Below are positions 17,503-27,488 of a DNA stretch of 64,000 nucleotides, in pieces. Every line of letters starts with the position of its first letter. Position 1 is the first letter of the stretch. A program made the translations under genes and the position numbers. Source of the stretch: an uncultured bacterium (GTDB lineage Bacteria; Planctomycetota; SZUA-567; JAKLDR01); the NCBI GenBank assembly GCA_937935355.1, contig CALGYR010000143.1, forward strand, positions 8,077 to 72,076, given 5' to 3'. The notes beneath the pieces are model-generated. The model saw nothing but the letters and a program-made list of their open reading frames with translations, was not told the origin of the DNA and did not search any database.

Positions 17503-18873
17503 CTATCTCGCCATCTCCGGCACGTATCCGCTCTCGCGGACGACCCCCTGCCCCTCGGGGGAGAGCAGCCACCGGACGAGCTTCATGGTCGGGCCGTCGG
17601 GTTTCGCGTCGGCGCGGTAGGCGACGTAGACCTTGGTCGTCCAGGGATACTTGCCCGAGGCGATGTTCTCGGCGGTGGGTTCGACGCCGTCGATGGCCAG
17701 CACCCGGGTGCGGGGGCTCGCCGCCATGAAGTGCTCGTAGTAGTAGACCGAGTAGCCCAGCCCCGCGGGGTCTCGCGTCAGCTGGCTGTAGGGCCCGCCC
17801 ATACCGAAAGAGTAGAGCATCCTGACCCTGTCGTCCTCCGGCTTGGTCTCGTCCCGCATCACCAGCCGGTCGAAGAGCTCGCGGCTGCCGGAGTCGCGCT
17901 CCCGGCGGTAGGCGGCGATGGGCCCCTTCGCCCCGCCCAGGTCGCCCCAGTCGGTCGTCCGGCCCTCGTAGATGTCCCGGACCTGCCGGCTGGTGAGGCT
18001 CTTTACCGGGTTCTGGTGGTTGACGATCATCACGAAGGCGTCGCGGGCGATGGGCTCGAGCTCGATGGCCACGCCCTTCTCCTTCGCGAGCTTGAGCTCG
18101 CTCTCCGACGGCTCGCGGGCGGTCAGGTTGAGGTCGGACTTGCCCTCGATCAGGTTCACGTAGCCCTGGTGCGTGGAGGCGTTGGCCGCGAGGTAACCGT
18201 TGACGAGCATGGCGGTCCGCTCGTCGCGGCCCTTTTCCGACTTCGCGTAGACCCGCAACGTCGAGAGGTAGAACTCGGTGTCGGGGGCGCGGTAGGCGCC
18301 GAACATCGCGTGTCTCAGCTCCTCCGGCTGCCAGTTGTTGGCCCAGAGATTCCCCGACGGCTCGGGGTAGGACCACTCGTAGGGCGAGCCGAGCAGCCGG
18401 CAGGCCATGATGATGCTCAGGGGCTGCGTCGAGGTGGACCCGTCCACCTTCGGGTAATCGACCAAGCTGAGCCCGAGCTTCGCGGCCTCCGGCAGTTCCG
18501 GGCGGGCCGCCTTCCTGATCTCCTCGTGCCTCGCGGAGTAGAGGGCCTTGGCGGCTTCGGCCATGGCCTGGCGCTCCACCGACCAGGCGTCACGGCGTTT
18601 GTCCGCCAGCTCGTCGCGCTTCTTCAGGTAGTCCCGATAGGCCTCCGATCGCTGAAGCGCGTTCAGCTTCTCGCGTATCTCCTGGGCTTGCTTGTTGGGC
18701 ACGGCGTAAATGTCCTCGATGGCCTTCTGGAGGTCCCTGTACTCCGCGGCCACCGGGCACTTGTCGAGCTCCGCTATCTTCTGCTCGGCCTCGTCCGTCC
18801 GGGGGAACGGTGCCTCCTGGCCGAGCGCGGCCGTTGTCAGTGCGAGCAGCAATGCTCCGAGAATCCGCTTCAT
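17503..18873 (-). CDS. PstS-like phosphate-binding (periplasmic binding protein) domain protein with N-terminal coiled-coil extension
   Basis: Signal peptide MKRILGALLLALTTAALG. C-terminal half has the PBP-fold hallmarks (...DGSTSTQP..., ...GYSVYYYEH...). Confidence 0.6.
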   Translation of the reverse strand: MKRILGALLLALTTAALGQEAPFPRTDEAEQKIAELDKCPVAAEYRDLQKAIEDIYAVPNKQAQEIREKLNALQRSEAYRDYLKKRDELADKRRDAWSVERQAMAEAAKALYSARHEEIRKAARPELPEAAKLGLSLVDYPKVDGSTSTQPLSIIMACRLLGSPYEWSYPEPSGNLWANNWQPEELRHAMFGAYRAPDTEFYLSTLRVYAKSEKGRDERTAMLVNGYLAANASTHQGYVNLIEGKSDLNLTAREPSESELKLAKEKGVAIELEPIARDAFVMIVNHQNPVKSLTSRQVRDIYEGRTTDWGDLGGAKGPIAAYRRERDSGSRELFDRLVMRDETKPEDDRVRMLYSFGMGGPYSQLTRDPAGLGYSVYYYEHFMAASPRTRVLAIDGVEPTAENIASGKYPWTTKVYVAYRADAKPDGPTMKLVRWLLSPEGQGVVRESGYVPEMAR

Positions 18874-19155
18874 GCCAAGACCTCCAAGTCCCGTATCCGG
18901 AGCGCCCCCGGCTCCCGCCTTGCCCGGCCGGCGCGAGGGCCTCCATAGTCATTCGCTATCGCGGCATTCTCGCCGGCGCCGCGGCGGGGCGCAAGGGTCC
19001 TACTTGAACCTGTTTAGCGATCGACGGACGTCATGGTCTGGACTAGATGCTGCTCGACCATGTCGATGTAGTAGCCTCCGCCGTCCCGGATTCCGGCTTT
19101 GCTTCCAGTTGTGCCGGACATGGCTCCGATCACGTCAAAATGCTCAATGGCGTAT

Positions 19156-19190
19156 CTGACCAAACTAACGCTAGTCGTTACTTTGGTCAG
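19156..19190. promoter_or_regulatory. perfect 9-bp inverted repeat (CTGACCAAA-N17-TTTGGTCAG) ending 1 nt before the start codon of the AAA/DUF4143 gene
   Basis: Seen directly. Candidate operator, or an RBS-sequestering hairpin. Confidence 0.3.
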
Positions 19191-19191
19191 C

Positions 19192-20415
19192 ATGAAAAAC
19201 CGAGCCCTGGCGGCAGCCATCGAGGAGTTGGCCTTCTCCGGCCACAAGATCGCCTTCGTCTCCGGGCCGCGGCAGTGCGGCAAGACCACTCTTGCCAAGA
19301 TGCTGCTCGAACGGCGCGAGGTCGGTTCCTACCTCAACTGGGACGATGTGGAGTTCCGCCGGGCCTGGGCCAAGCATCCGTCGGCGGTAGTTCCCGGCGG
19401 CGCCGGCAAGGACGTTGTTCCCCTCGTCGTGCTCGACGAGTTGCACAAGGACCGGCTCTGGAAGCGCAACCTCAAGGGCGTTTTCGACACCCTGACGACG
19501 CCGTGCGACTTCCTCATTACTGGCAGCGCGCGGCTCAACGTCTACATGAAAGGCAGCGACAGCCTGCTGGGCAGGCACTACAGCTTTCGCCTGCACCCGT
19601 TCTCGGTGCGGGAGATGGAACACCCCGACGTCCCGGCGCCCGAGGAGATGCTGGGCGCGCTATTCTCCCGGGCCGGTCGGGGAGGCGAAGCCGCCGAGGA
19701 CAACCTGGAAGCGCTCTTGACCTACGGGCCGTTTCCCGAGCCACTTCTGGAGCAGGACGCCCGCAAAGCCAACCTCTGGCGGCGCAACCGCGAGCAGCTC
19801 ATCGTCCGCGAGGACCTGCGCGACCTGAGCCGGCTTCTGGAGCTCGGCCGAATCGAGATGATGGCCGCTCTGTTGCCCGAGCGCGTCGGGGCGCTCTTCA
19901 GTCCGACGGCGCTGGCCCAGGACCTGGAAGTGAGCATTCCGACCATCAAGCGGTGGACGTCCTATCTGAAGGAGCTCTATTACCTCTTCGAGGTCAAGCC
20001 CCACACCCGGCATGTCGTCCGCTCCCTGCGGCGCGACGGGAAGATCTACCTTTGGGACTACGGGGCCGTCAAGGACGAGGCCGCACGCTTCGAGAACCTG
20101 GTGGCCTGCCACCTGCTCAAGACCTGTCAATTCTGGACCGACACCGGCGAGGGGGAGTTCGAGCTCCGGCTCCTGCGCAACAAGGAGGGTCAGGAGATCG
20201 ACTTCCTGATAGTGCGCGACGGCCAGGCGTGGCTGCCGGTGGAAGTCAAGCTGTCCGACACCGAGCCCTCCGCCGGCTGGAAGAAGTACGCCCCGATGCT
20301 GCCGTGCAGACGGGCGCTGCAGGTCGTGCGCCAGCCGCACTGGAAGATTCACGAATACGGCGACACAGAAGTGCTGGTCGCCGGAGCGGCCGAGGCGCTG
20401 GGGCACTTCGCCTGA
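19192..20415 (+). CDS. AAA+ ATPase with C-terminal DUF4143-type domain
   Basis: Start at ATG 19192 inside ORF 19099..20415. Walker A GPRQCGKTT and Walker B VVLDELH. The overall architecture is the widespread 'ATPase (AAA+ superfamily) + DUF4143' protein. Confidence 0.75.
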   Translation: MKNRALAAAIEELAFSGHKIAFVSGPRQCGKTTLAKMLLERREVGSYLNWDDVEFRRAWAKHPSAVVPGGAGKDVVPLVVLDELHKDRLWKRNLKGVFDTLTTPCDFLITGSARLNVYMKGSDSLLGRHYSFRLHPFSVREMEHPDVPAPEEMLGALFSRAGRGGEAAEDNLEALLTYGPFPEPLLEQDARKANLWRRNREQLIVREDLRDLSRLLELGRIEMMAALLPERVGALFSPTALAQDLEVSIPTIKRWTSYLKELYYLFEVKPHTRHVVRSLRRDGKIYLWDYGAVKDEAARFENLVACHLLKTCQFWTDTGEGEFELRLLRNKEGQEIDFLIVRDGQAWLPVEVKLSDTEPSAGWKKYAPMLPCRRALQVVRQPHWKIHEYGDTEVLVAGAAEALGHFA

Positions 20416-20496
20416 GGCGGACGCCTTGCGCTCCATGGGGGCGAGCGCCCCCGGCAGCCGAAGATACAGCCGCCGCTTGCACGCGGCGCGCTCCCG

Positions 20497-21015
20497 TCAC
20501 TTCGCCCCCCTGCGGCGCGAACGCAGGACGTGCAGGACCTCAGCGGCCCGCCGCTGTACCTCGGGATGGCGAGAGCTCAATCTCGTATTCATGGCTGGGG
20601 TGACTTCGTCAAGGGCCAAGGCGCCGGCCAGTCTGGCATAGCCATGAAACTCGCGGCGACCGCCGCCGTCCACGCTGCGGACAACCAGTCTGCACAGGAC
20701 CAGCTTCTGGTGATTTGTTAGTGGCGCGTGCTTCAGGCGCCGCAGGATCGTCTCCTTGATGTAGCCTGAGCGGAAGAATCTCGGATCCGCGTCCAGGAAG
20801 TCCACGGCGAGGGCGACGGTCTCCGCGTCGCAGCTTTCCAGGCGGGCCATCCCTCTATTCAGGCCACCGGGAAAGGCCAGTTGGTCGTAGCGTCCGTGGA
20901 ACTCGGTGCAGGCCTCCTCGTGGGCGGCGGGGTCTTTCGCCGTCGACCGCACGCGGGCGTCGAGCTCCCTCAGTATCGCTGCATTCTGCACGAAGACTGA
21001 CGCCTTTGTGGCCAT
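20497..21015 (-). CDS. hypothetical protein
   Basis: 172-aa ORF with balanced, protein-like composition. Likely the last gene of a minus-strand operon with the two genes upstream. Confidence 0.45.
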   Translation of the reverse strand: MATKASVFVQNAAILRELDARVRSTAKDPAAHEEACTEFHGRYDQLAFPGGLNRGMARLESCDAETVALAVDFLDADPRFFRSGYIKETILRRLKHAPLTNHQKLVLCRLVVRSVDGGGRREFHGYARLAGALALDEVTPAMNTRLSSRHPEVQRRAAEVLHVLRSRRRGAK

Positions 21016-21113
21016 TGCCGCGCTCCTAAGAGTCGATCAATCGCTGCGAGACGTCATTACGCGCTCCGAAACGCCCGGCGGCCGGGTGCCGGGCTTGGAG
21101 TTGCCATGATCGT

Positions 21114-21913
21114 TCACGGCTTGGGCCTCTCCGCCTTGGCCTCTTCCTTTGCTCCCCGGATCTTCGCGAGCGCTGCGGCGGCGGCTTTCTGAACCTGCGA
21201 AACTGAGCGTACTTGTCCGTCCGCATTGCCGCGACGGATTTCAAGCAGCCTGGGGACGGCCGCAGCGGCGTCCGGTCCGATGCCACCGAGTGCTCCGATG
21301 GTCGCCAGGCGCATCTCTGCGTCTTCCGAGTCGAGCAGTTCGATCAGCCGTGGCACCGCCGCCCTGGCCTCCGGGCCGATCCGGCCAAGCGCAAAGGTCG
21401 CATACCACCGGAGTTGCCAGGGATCATCGCGGCAATAGTCCAGGCTCCCGTACCACGGTCCGGTCTCGAGCTTGATGGGATCAATCTTCCGGTCGTCGTC
21501 GAGCGCAGCAACGAGTGCAGGCACGGCCGGGCCGGCCTCGGCGCCGATCCGCCCCAGCCAGTGCGCCGCCTGTCGCCGGGTTTCGGGGTCCGGGTCGGCG
21601 AGGAGCCCGGCCAGGGCGTCGACCGGAGGCCGTCCTTCTGGCTCGCAGGCGTTGAAGAGCACGAGGGCGTACGCCTTGCACGGCGCCAGCCGGTCCGGCA
21701 GCCGCAGGTAGAGCGCGAGCCGATCCGCAGCCCGTCGCCTGCCCCCCAGCCCGGCGACGGTCCGGTCGGCCAGCTCGGAGGAGGAACTGGTGAAGCCTTC
21801 CCACTGAGAGGACTCCACGGCGCGACACACCTGCCAAATCGGCACAAGCACAGCCCCGACGAACCAAGCCAGACCCAGCGCGGCCAGGAGGCCGGCGGTC
21901 CAGAGGACCATGG
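21114..21913 (-). CDS. membrane-anchored HEAT-repeat protein
   Basis: Real start at MVLWTAGLLAALGLAWFVGAVLV (TM helix) inside artefactual ORF 21114..22631. C-terminal HEAT units (RRQAAHWLGRIGAEAGPAVPALVAALDDD; RWYATFALGRIGPEARAAVPRLIELLDSED; RLATIGALGGIGPDAAAAVPRLL). Confidence 0.55.
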
Positions 21914-21979
21914 GCCGCCAGGTGCGGGGCGGTTTGCGTGCGACCGGGCCGTCGCCGGGTCGTGGCGGAGCGTCCCCTA

Positions 21980-22936
21980 TCACTTCGGCCCCGCCGTGGC
22001 GTGCTTCTTGTCGGTGTTCACGGCCCGCCACTCGCCGGAGGGCAGGGCCTCGAAGTGCCCGCGGTAGGACCAGAAGGCCGCCTCCGATGCGACCGTCGCA
22101 GTGTAGCTGCTGCAGGCGACGTTCACGGCGAAGGCGCCCCAGGAGTACCGGCCGGGGCCGACGCGCTGCATCTCGAGGCCGGCGAAGCGCTCGGGATCGG
22201 CGCCCTCGAAGAGCCTGGGGTCGCTGCGCATGAGCGCCAGGAGCGCCGCTTTGGCCCTGGGTGCCTGCCGAGTCCAGCGGGCCTCCAGGTCGTCGCCGTA
22301 GATGTCGAGCGTCGTCCAGCCCAGGATGAAGTCGAGCAGCTCGCCGGGGTTGAAGCCCAGGCGGAGCGTCCCGCCCAGACCGGCGGCGACTTCCACCTGG
22401 GTGTAGTAGTGCGCCCGGTTGCCGATCGCGACGACGGGCACGTAGGCCGAGAACGCCATGTAGGTCTTGCGGCGGGCCTCCGTCCTGCCCGTGGACTCGT
22501 GGAACCAATCCAGCCCAGCCAGGAGCATGGTGCACTTGCCCCTCTCGAACATCGGGATGGGAAGGGGGCTGACCATCTCCGAGCAACTGAGCGCATGGAG
22601 GCCCGAGAACTCTCCGCCGCGAAGCCCCCACCGGTCATGATTGACCAAGGCGCCGACCTGCAGCGGTCCCACGCGAGCCTTGGCCCCGGCGCCGACCCCG
22701 CCAGCGACCGTGAAGATGTCCTTGGAGTCGTTCCATCGGTCAGAGAAGTAGCCCCGGGGAGACACGCACCCGATCGCTCCCGCCGACAGGAACAGGACGG
22801 CCACGAACTGGACCAACCGTATCGTCAGAATCACCGGCGCCTCCGGAAGCCTTCCAGACGGAGACAGTCTGCCGGCGGGGGCGGCGGTTGTCAACATCCG
22901 GCTGCCGACGTACGAGGCGGCGAGGCGGCCATGCAA
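21980..22936 (-). CDS. hypothetical lipoprotein
   Basis: Protein-like composition. Lipobox-like LSAGAIGCVS near the N-terminus. The ORFs on the other strand here are GC artefacts. Confidence 0.5.
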   Translation of the reverse strand: MHGRLAASYVGSRMLTTAAPAGRLSPSGRLPEAPVILTIRLVQFVAVLFLSAGAIGCVSPRGYFSDRWNDSKDIFTVAGGVGAGAKARVGPLQVGALVNHDRWGLRGGEFSGLHALSCSEMVSPLPIPMFERGKCTMLLAGLDWFHESTGRTEARRKTYMAFSAYVPVVAIGNRAHYYTQVEVAAGLGGTLRLGFNPGELLDFILGWTTLDIYGDDLEARWTRQAPRAKAALLALMRSDPRLFEGADPERFAGLEMQRVGPGRYSWGAFAVNVACSSYTATVASEAAFWSYRGHFEALPSGEWRAVNTDKKHATAGPK

Positions 22937-23026
22937 GGTCCGTTGCCGTAGGCATGATGTTGTAGGGGCGGGTTTGAAACCCGCCCCTACGCGGTCAAGA
23001 CGACGAGCAAGCCGTTCTCCCCTCTA

Positions 23027-23087
23027 TGTCCCCATGTCTCCGTGTCCCCGTGTCCCCGCGTCGCCACGTCCCCGCGTCCCCGTACAT
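23027..23087. repeat. heptamer array A4 (forward orientation)
   Basis: tgtccccatgtctccgtgtccccgtgtccccgcgtcgccacgtccccgcgtccccgtac, in a divergent intergenic region. Confidence 0.7.
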
Positions 23088-23282
23088 TTCCGCCGCCCCG
23101 GCGGAATTATCCGCCTCCCGACCGCACGCCCTCCCCCGGCCCCGGCGCTCCACGCGGGGCGCAGGTCGCGTCATCTTCGGGGGATGCGGGCACTGCGGGG
23201 CAATTCCTGCCGCCGGTGGTACGCGACGTGCTTGGTTCGATCTCCGATCAGGTCCGCCCGAGAGAGGATGGGAGTCCCTGCC

Positions 23283-23918
23283 ATGCTTACGTCCGTATCC
23301 GCCGTGGGAAGCTACGCGCTCGGCGCCGGCAATCCGGCCGGCGGGGAGGAACTCTCCGCGCTGCGCCAGCAGTGGATGGAGCAGCTCTTCAACCGCGCCG
23401 ACTCCGACCAGGACGGCCGGCTGACTCTCACGGAGTTCTCCGCGGCCTACAGCCGGTTCCGGGCGCAGGCTGGCGGCGGCTCCGGGCTGCCCCAGGCCGA
23501 GAGCCTCTTCAAGGACGCCGACGCCGACAGCGACGGCGCCATCTCCCGGCAGGAGTTCGTCGACGCGCTCCAGAAGCTCTACGGCGATACCGGCGCCGCC
23601 TCGGCGCAGGGCTGCGGGACCGCGGCCGGCGCGAGCGCCAGCCAGGCCACGGCCGAGGAGATGCTCCTCTCCCTGCGGCAGGGCCTGGGCCTCGAGAACT
23701 ACCTCGGGACCGGCAACTCGTCGGGCGCCGGCGCGCTGGCGTCGGTCGTCCCCGGTCCGGTGCTCAGCCCGGCCATGCAGGTGATGGCCGAGAACGCCAA
23801 CGCCAGCACCGCCTCGGTCGAGGCGCTGCTCGCGGCCATCGGCGGTGGCGGCGACGACGGCGCGGAGAAGTCCAACCAGGCCTCGTCCGGCGGCTCGCTG
23901 CTCGACTTCACGGCCTGA
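23283..23918 (+). CDS. EF-hand calcium-binding domain protein (two EF-hand loops)
   Basis: DSDQDGRLTLTEF and DADSDGAISRQEF are canonical 12-residue EF-hand loops. GGAG RBS lies 8 nt before ATG 23283 (alternative ATG 23268). C-terminal Gly/Ala/Ser-rich tail. Confidence 0.65.
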   Translation: MLTSVSAVGSYALGAGNPAGGEELSALRQQWMEQLFNRADSDQDGRLTLTEFSAAYSRFRAQAGGGSGLPQAESLFKDADADSDGAISRQEFVDALQKLYGDTGAASAQGCGTAAGASASQATAEEMLLSLRQGLGLENYLGTGNSSGAGALASVVPGPVLSPAMQVMAENANASTASVEALLAAIGGGGDDGAEKSNQASSGGSLLDFTA

Positions 23919-24245
23919 GAGGATCGGGAACGTTCGCAGGGGCCCGGGGGCGGTTTGGGGGGCCGCCCCTGGGTACCGCGGACGAATGCCGATACGAGCG
24001 CTCGATAACAGCATTGGCTGCGCCGCCGTTGTCATCGGCGTGAATCGGCGTGCATCTGCGGTTTCCGAATGTCTCCGGCCCATTCCCCGGATGCACTTGC
24101 CCTCCGCCGCCGGCGCTGCTCGCCTCGGTGCCGGTCTGCCTGCTGCTCAAGCCCTCGGCCCACCACCGCCGCAAGGTCGTCGGGCCGGAGAAGGCGGCGG
24201 TCGAGGCCGAGGGGATGGGCGGGGCCTGAGGGGCCCGTCCTGAGC

Positions 24246-24369
24246 GTTCACCACAGAGGACGCGGAGGACACAGAGGCCAGGGGCATGGGTATGGCTGAG
24301 CCTCACTTTGCGGACGGAACTTCGCCATGGACAAGGCTTCCTCCGTGTACTCTGTGTCCTCTGTGGTGA
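24246..24369. repeat. inverted-repeat hairpin with arms built from CACAGAGGA(C) tandem units
   Basis: TTCACCACAGAGGACGCGGAGGACACAGAGG ... CCTCCGTGTACTCTGTGTCCTCTGTGGTGAA, ~95 bp upstream of degP. Confidence 0.6.
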
Positions 24370-24462
24370 AAGGCTCCGCCTCGTCGTGGAACTCCCGTGA
24401 CTTGCGCTGCGCCGGGCGTTTAGATACCCTTCATTAGTCGTTTTCCAGGGACCGATCGGGGG

Positions 24463-26556
24463 ATGCTCCACATGATGGGCGGAACGGGTCTTGCCTTCCG
24501 GATGGCGTTGGCGGCCGCGCTCGGCGCGGCCTTTCTTTGCGGGTGTCGCTCGGCGGAGACCTCCGTGCCCGAGTGCCCGTCGGCCGCCGGCGCGGCCGGG
24601 GTCTCGCAGGCCCAGGTCGACGAGGCCATGGGCAAGGTCTTCCCGGCGCTCATCCGCATCTACGTGGTCAGCAAGTACTCCGGCGACGGCCGCGAGCAGA
24701 AGTCCCAGGGCGCCGGCTCCGGCGCGATCATCTCTCCGGACGGCTACGCGGTCACCAACCACCACGTGGTCGGCAAGGCCCGGCACATCCGGGTGACGCT
24801 GTCCAACCGCGACGAGGCCGAGGCCACGCTGGTCGGCACCGACCCGCTCGCCGACATCGCGGTCATCAAACTCAAGCCCGAGACCCTGCGCCATCCGGTG
24901 AAGACCTTCCCCTTCGCGGAGTTCGGCGACTCCTCGAAGCTCAGGGTCGGCGACGTGGTCCTGGCCATGGGCTCGCCCGGGGCGCTCTCCCAGTCGGTGA
25001 CCAAGGGCATCGTCAGCAACACCGAGATGGTCATGCCCGGCGGGGGCATGAACCTCGACGGCGAGCCGGTGGGTTCGCTGGTCCGCTGGATTGCGCACGA
25101 CGCGGTCATCTTCCACGGCAACTCCGGCGGGCCGCTCGTCGACCTCGCCGGCCGGATCGTGGGCGTCAACGAGATCGGCGTGGCCTCCCTCGGCGGCGCC
25201 ATTCCCGCCAACCTGGCCCGCAAGGTGGCCGAGGAGCTCATCCGCAAGGGCGAGGTCAGCCGCAGCTCCATCGGCGTCGAGGTCCGGCCGCTCTTGCGCG
25301 GCTCCAAGCTCGACCGCGGCGTGCTGGTCAACGCCGTGGTCGACGGCTACCCGGCGGCCAAGGCGGGGCTGAAGCCCGGCGACGTGATCGCCTCGTTCGA
25401 CGGGCATCCGGTGCAGGTGCGCTGGGCCGAGGAGCTCCCCGGGTTCAACCGCCTGGTGCTCGAGACCCCGGTCGGCAAGCAGGTGACCGTCGAGTACCTG
25501 CGCGACGGCAAGGCCGCGAGCGTCCGGCTCGTCACCATCGAGCGCGGCCGGGCCCGGGACGAGGACGAGGAGGTCCGCTCCTGGGGCGCGACCCTCCGCG
25601 ACCTGACCGAGATCGACGCCCGCGAGCGCAAACGGCCCAACACCGACGGCGTCCTGGTCACCTCGGTCCGGCCGGGCGGCCCGGCGGGGCAGGCCAAGCC
25701 GCAGATGATCCCCGGCGACCTGGTGGTGCGCGTCGGCGAGCGCGAGGTGAAGAACCTCGAGGACCTCCAGAAGGCCAGCGCCGAAATCACCGCGGGCAAG
25801 ACCGAGCCGGTACTGACCGTGGTGGCCTTCGACCGTGGCACCGAGCAGTTGCTGACCGCCGTGCGCATTGGGCCGGGCGAGGACGAGAGCCGCTCCCCGG
25901 AGGTGCGCAAGGCCTGGTTTCCGGCGGGCGTGCAGGTCTTCACCCGCAGCCTCGCCGAGGCCATGAACCTGAAGGGCACCAAGGGCGTGCTGGTCACCCA
26001 GATCTTCCCGGGCAGCGCCGCCGAGAAGGCCGGCTTCAAGCTCGGCGACATCATTGCCCAGGTGGACGGCTCGCCGGTGGAGGCCTCCCAGCCCGAGGAC
26101 GAGGGCGTCTTCCCGGCCATGATCCGCCGCTACAAGATCGGCTCGGAGGCCGAGATGACCGTGGTCCGCGGCGGGAAGACCTCGAAGATCAAGGTGGAGC
26201 TCGTCTCGGCGCCGGTGCCGGTGGCGGAGATGAAGCGCTATCGGGACGAGGTCTTCGAGTTCACCGGCCGCGACGTGGCCTTCACCGACCGGGCCCGCAA
26301 CAACTGGGAAGAGTCCCAGGCGGGCGTCTTCGTCGAGGCCGTGGAGCAGGCCGGCTGGGGGGCGCTCGCCGGGCTGTGCGTGGGCGACCTGCTGCTGCGG
26401 ATCGACGGCCGGCCGGTCGGCGACGTGGCCGGGCTCGAGAATATCCTCATGGAGCTGCGCGAGTCGAAGCCCGCCGACGTGGTCTTCTTCGTGAAGCGCG
26501 GCGTGCACACCATGTACCTGGAGCTCGAGCCCGACTGGGCCGGCTCCGGCAACTGA
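24463..26556 (+). CDS. degP: HtrA/DegP-family serine endopeptidase with multiple PDZ domains
   Basis: Trypsin-like catalytic motifs DGYAVTNHHVV, DIAVIKL and GNSGGPLVD, followed by PDZ-like segments. Lipoprotein-type signal AAFLCGC. Confidence 0.85.
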   Translation: MLHMMGGTGLAFRMALAAALGAAFLCGCRSAETSVPECPSAAGAAGVSQAQVDEAMGKVFPALIRIYVVSKYSGDGREQKSQGAGSGAIISPDGYAVTNHHVVGKARHIRVTLSNRDEAEATLVGTDPLADIAVIKLKPETLRHPVKTFPFAEFGDSSKLRVGDVVLAMGSPGALSQSVTKGIVSNTEMVMPGGGMNLDGEPVGSLVRWIAHDAVIFHGNSGGPLVDLAGRIVGVNEIGVASLGGAIPANLARKVAEELIRKGEVSRSSIGVEVRPLLRGSKLDRGVLVNAVVDGYPAAKAGLKPGDVIASFDGHPVQVRWAEELPGFNRLVLETPVGKQVTVEYLRDGKAASVRLVTIERGRARDEDEEVRSWGATLRDLTEIDARERKRPNTDGVLVTSVRPGGPAGQAKPQMIPGDLVVRVGEREVKNLEDLQKASAEITAGKTEPVLTVVAFDRGTEQLLTAVRIGPGEDESRSPEVRKAWFPAGVQVFTRSLAEAMNLKGTKGVLVTQIFPGSAAEKAGFKLGDIIAQVDGSPVEASQPEDEGVFPAMIRRYKIGSEAEMTVVRGGKTSKIKVELVSAPVPVAEMKRYRDEVFEFTGRDVAFTDRARNNWEESQAGVFVEAVEQAGWGALAGLCVGDLLLRIDGRPVGDVAGLENILMELRESKPADVVFFVKRGVHTMYLELEPDWAGSGN

Positions 26557-26603
26557 GAGGCCTGCACCCGCGACGGGAAGCCGGCAAGCAGAAAGGAAGT
26601 CTC

Positions 26604-27437
26604 ATGAAGCTCAAGCTCGGAACGATCGGCGGGACCCTGGCCATGGCGGCCGCCCTGGCCCTGGCCCCGGTCGGGGGCGCAGCGATCGGCGGGGAATCCG
26701 TGAAGGAAACCGCCCGCCAGCTCGTCGATCGGCACAAGGACGCGGTGGTCCTGGTCGAGGTGGTGGTCAACATGAAGCTCAGCGCCGGAGGCCAGAGCCG
26801 CGAGCAGGAGCGCAAATTCGAGGCCAACGGCACGGTGATCACGGCCGAGGGGCTCACCGTGGTCTCCAACGCGAGCGTCGATCCGACCGCGGCACTGGAG
26901 CGCATGCGCATGAAGGCGGACGTCTCCACCTCGGACGTCAAGATCGTGACCGCCGACGGCACCGAGCTCGAGGCCGAGATCGTTCTGACCGACAAGGACC
27001 TGGACCTGGCCTTCGTCCGCCCCAAGGCCGCGGCCAAGCTGCCCTGCGTGGAGCTCAAGAAGGGCCCGGAGCCGGCGCTGCTCGACACCCTGGTGAGCAT
27101 TACCCGGCTCGGGCGCAAGGCCAACCGCGAACCTGGCGCGGCCCTGAGCGAGGTGCTCGCCGTCATCCACAAGCCCCGCACGCGCTACCTGGCCTCCGGC
27201 CAGATCTTCCAGGGATGTCCGGTCTTCACCGGCACGGGCGAGCTGCTGGGCCTGGCCCTGATGCAGACCGACGGCGCGGCGGGCATCACCGTGCTGCCCT
27301 GCGAGGACGTCCTCGAGGCCTTCAAGCAGATCGGCCAGAAGAAGGAGGCCAAGGGCGACGGCGAGGAAGCCAAGCCCGAGGCCAAGGCGCCGCCCGTCGA
27401 CGATCCGGCGGCCGGCGACGACAAGGGAGCCTTGTAG
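26604..27437 (+). CDS. trypsin-like (S1C) fold protein with degenerate catalytic triad, probable inactive protease homologue
   Basis: Starts at ATG 26604 (GAAAGGAAG RBS) in the frame of artefact ORF 24537..27437. It aligns to the DegP protease core, but the His region reads GLTVVSNASV and the Ser region reads QGCPVFTGTGELLG in place of GDSGGP. Confidence 0.55.
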   Translation: MKLKLGTIGGTLAMAAALALAPVGGAAIGGESVKETARQLVDRHKDAVVLVEVVVNMKLSAGGQSREQERKFEANGTVITAEGLTVVSNASVDPTAALERMRMKADVSTSDVKIVTADGTELEAEIVLTDKDLDLAFVRPKAAAKLPCVELKKGPEPALLDTLVSITRLGRKANREPGAALSEVLAVIHKPRTRYLASGQIFQGCPVFTGTGELLGLALMQTDGAAGITVLPCEDVLEAFKQIGQKKEAKGDGEEAKPEAKAPPVDDPAAGDDKGAL

Positions 27438-27488
27438 CGGATCGTCCCGTCGGGGCGGGTCCGGACGGGCGACGAGGAGGGAAGGATC

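Noticed and set aside
17128-18948. 606-aa plus-strand ORF
   Set aside because: Antisense to the PstS-like gene and reads through the heptamer arrays (SPCPRV repeats). An artefact.
19047-20603. 518-aa plus-strand ORF overlapping the AAA/DUF4143 gene in another frame
   Set aside because: Arg/Gly/Pro-dominated. The Walker-motif frame (19192..20415) is the real gene.
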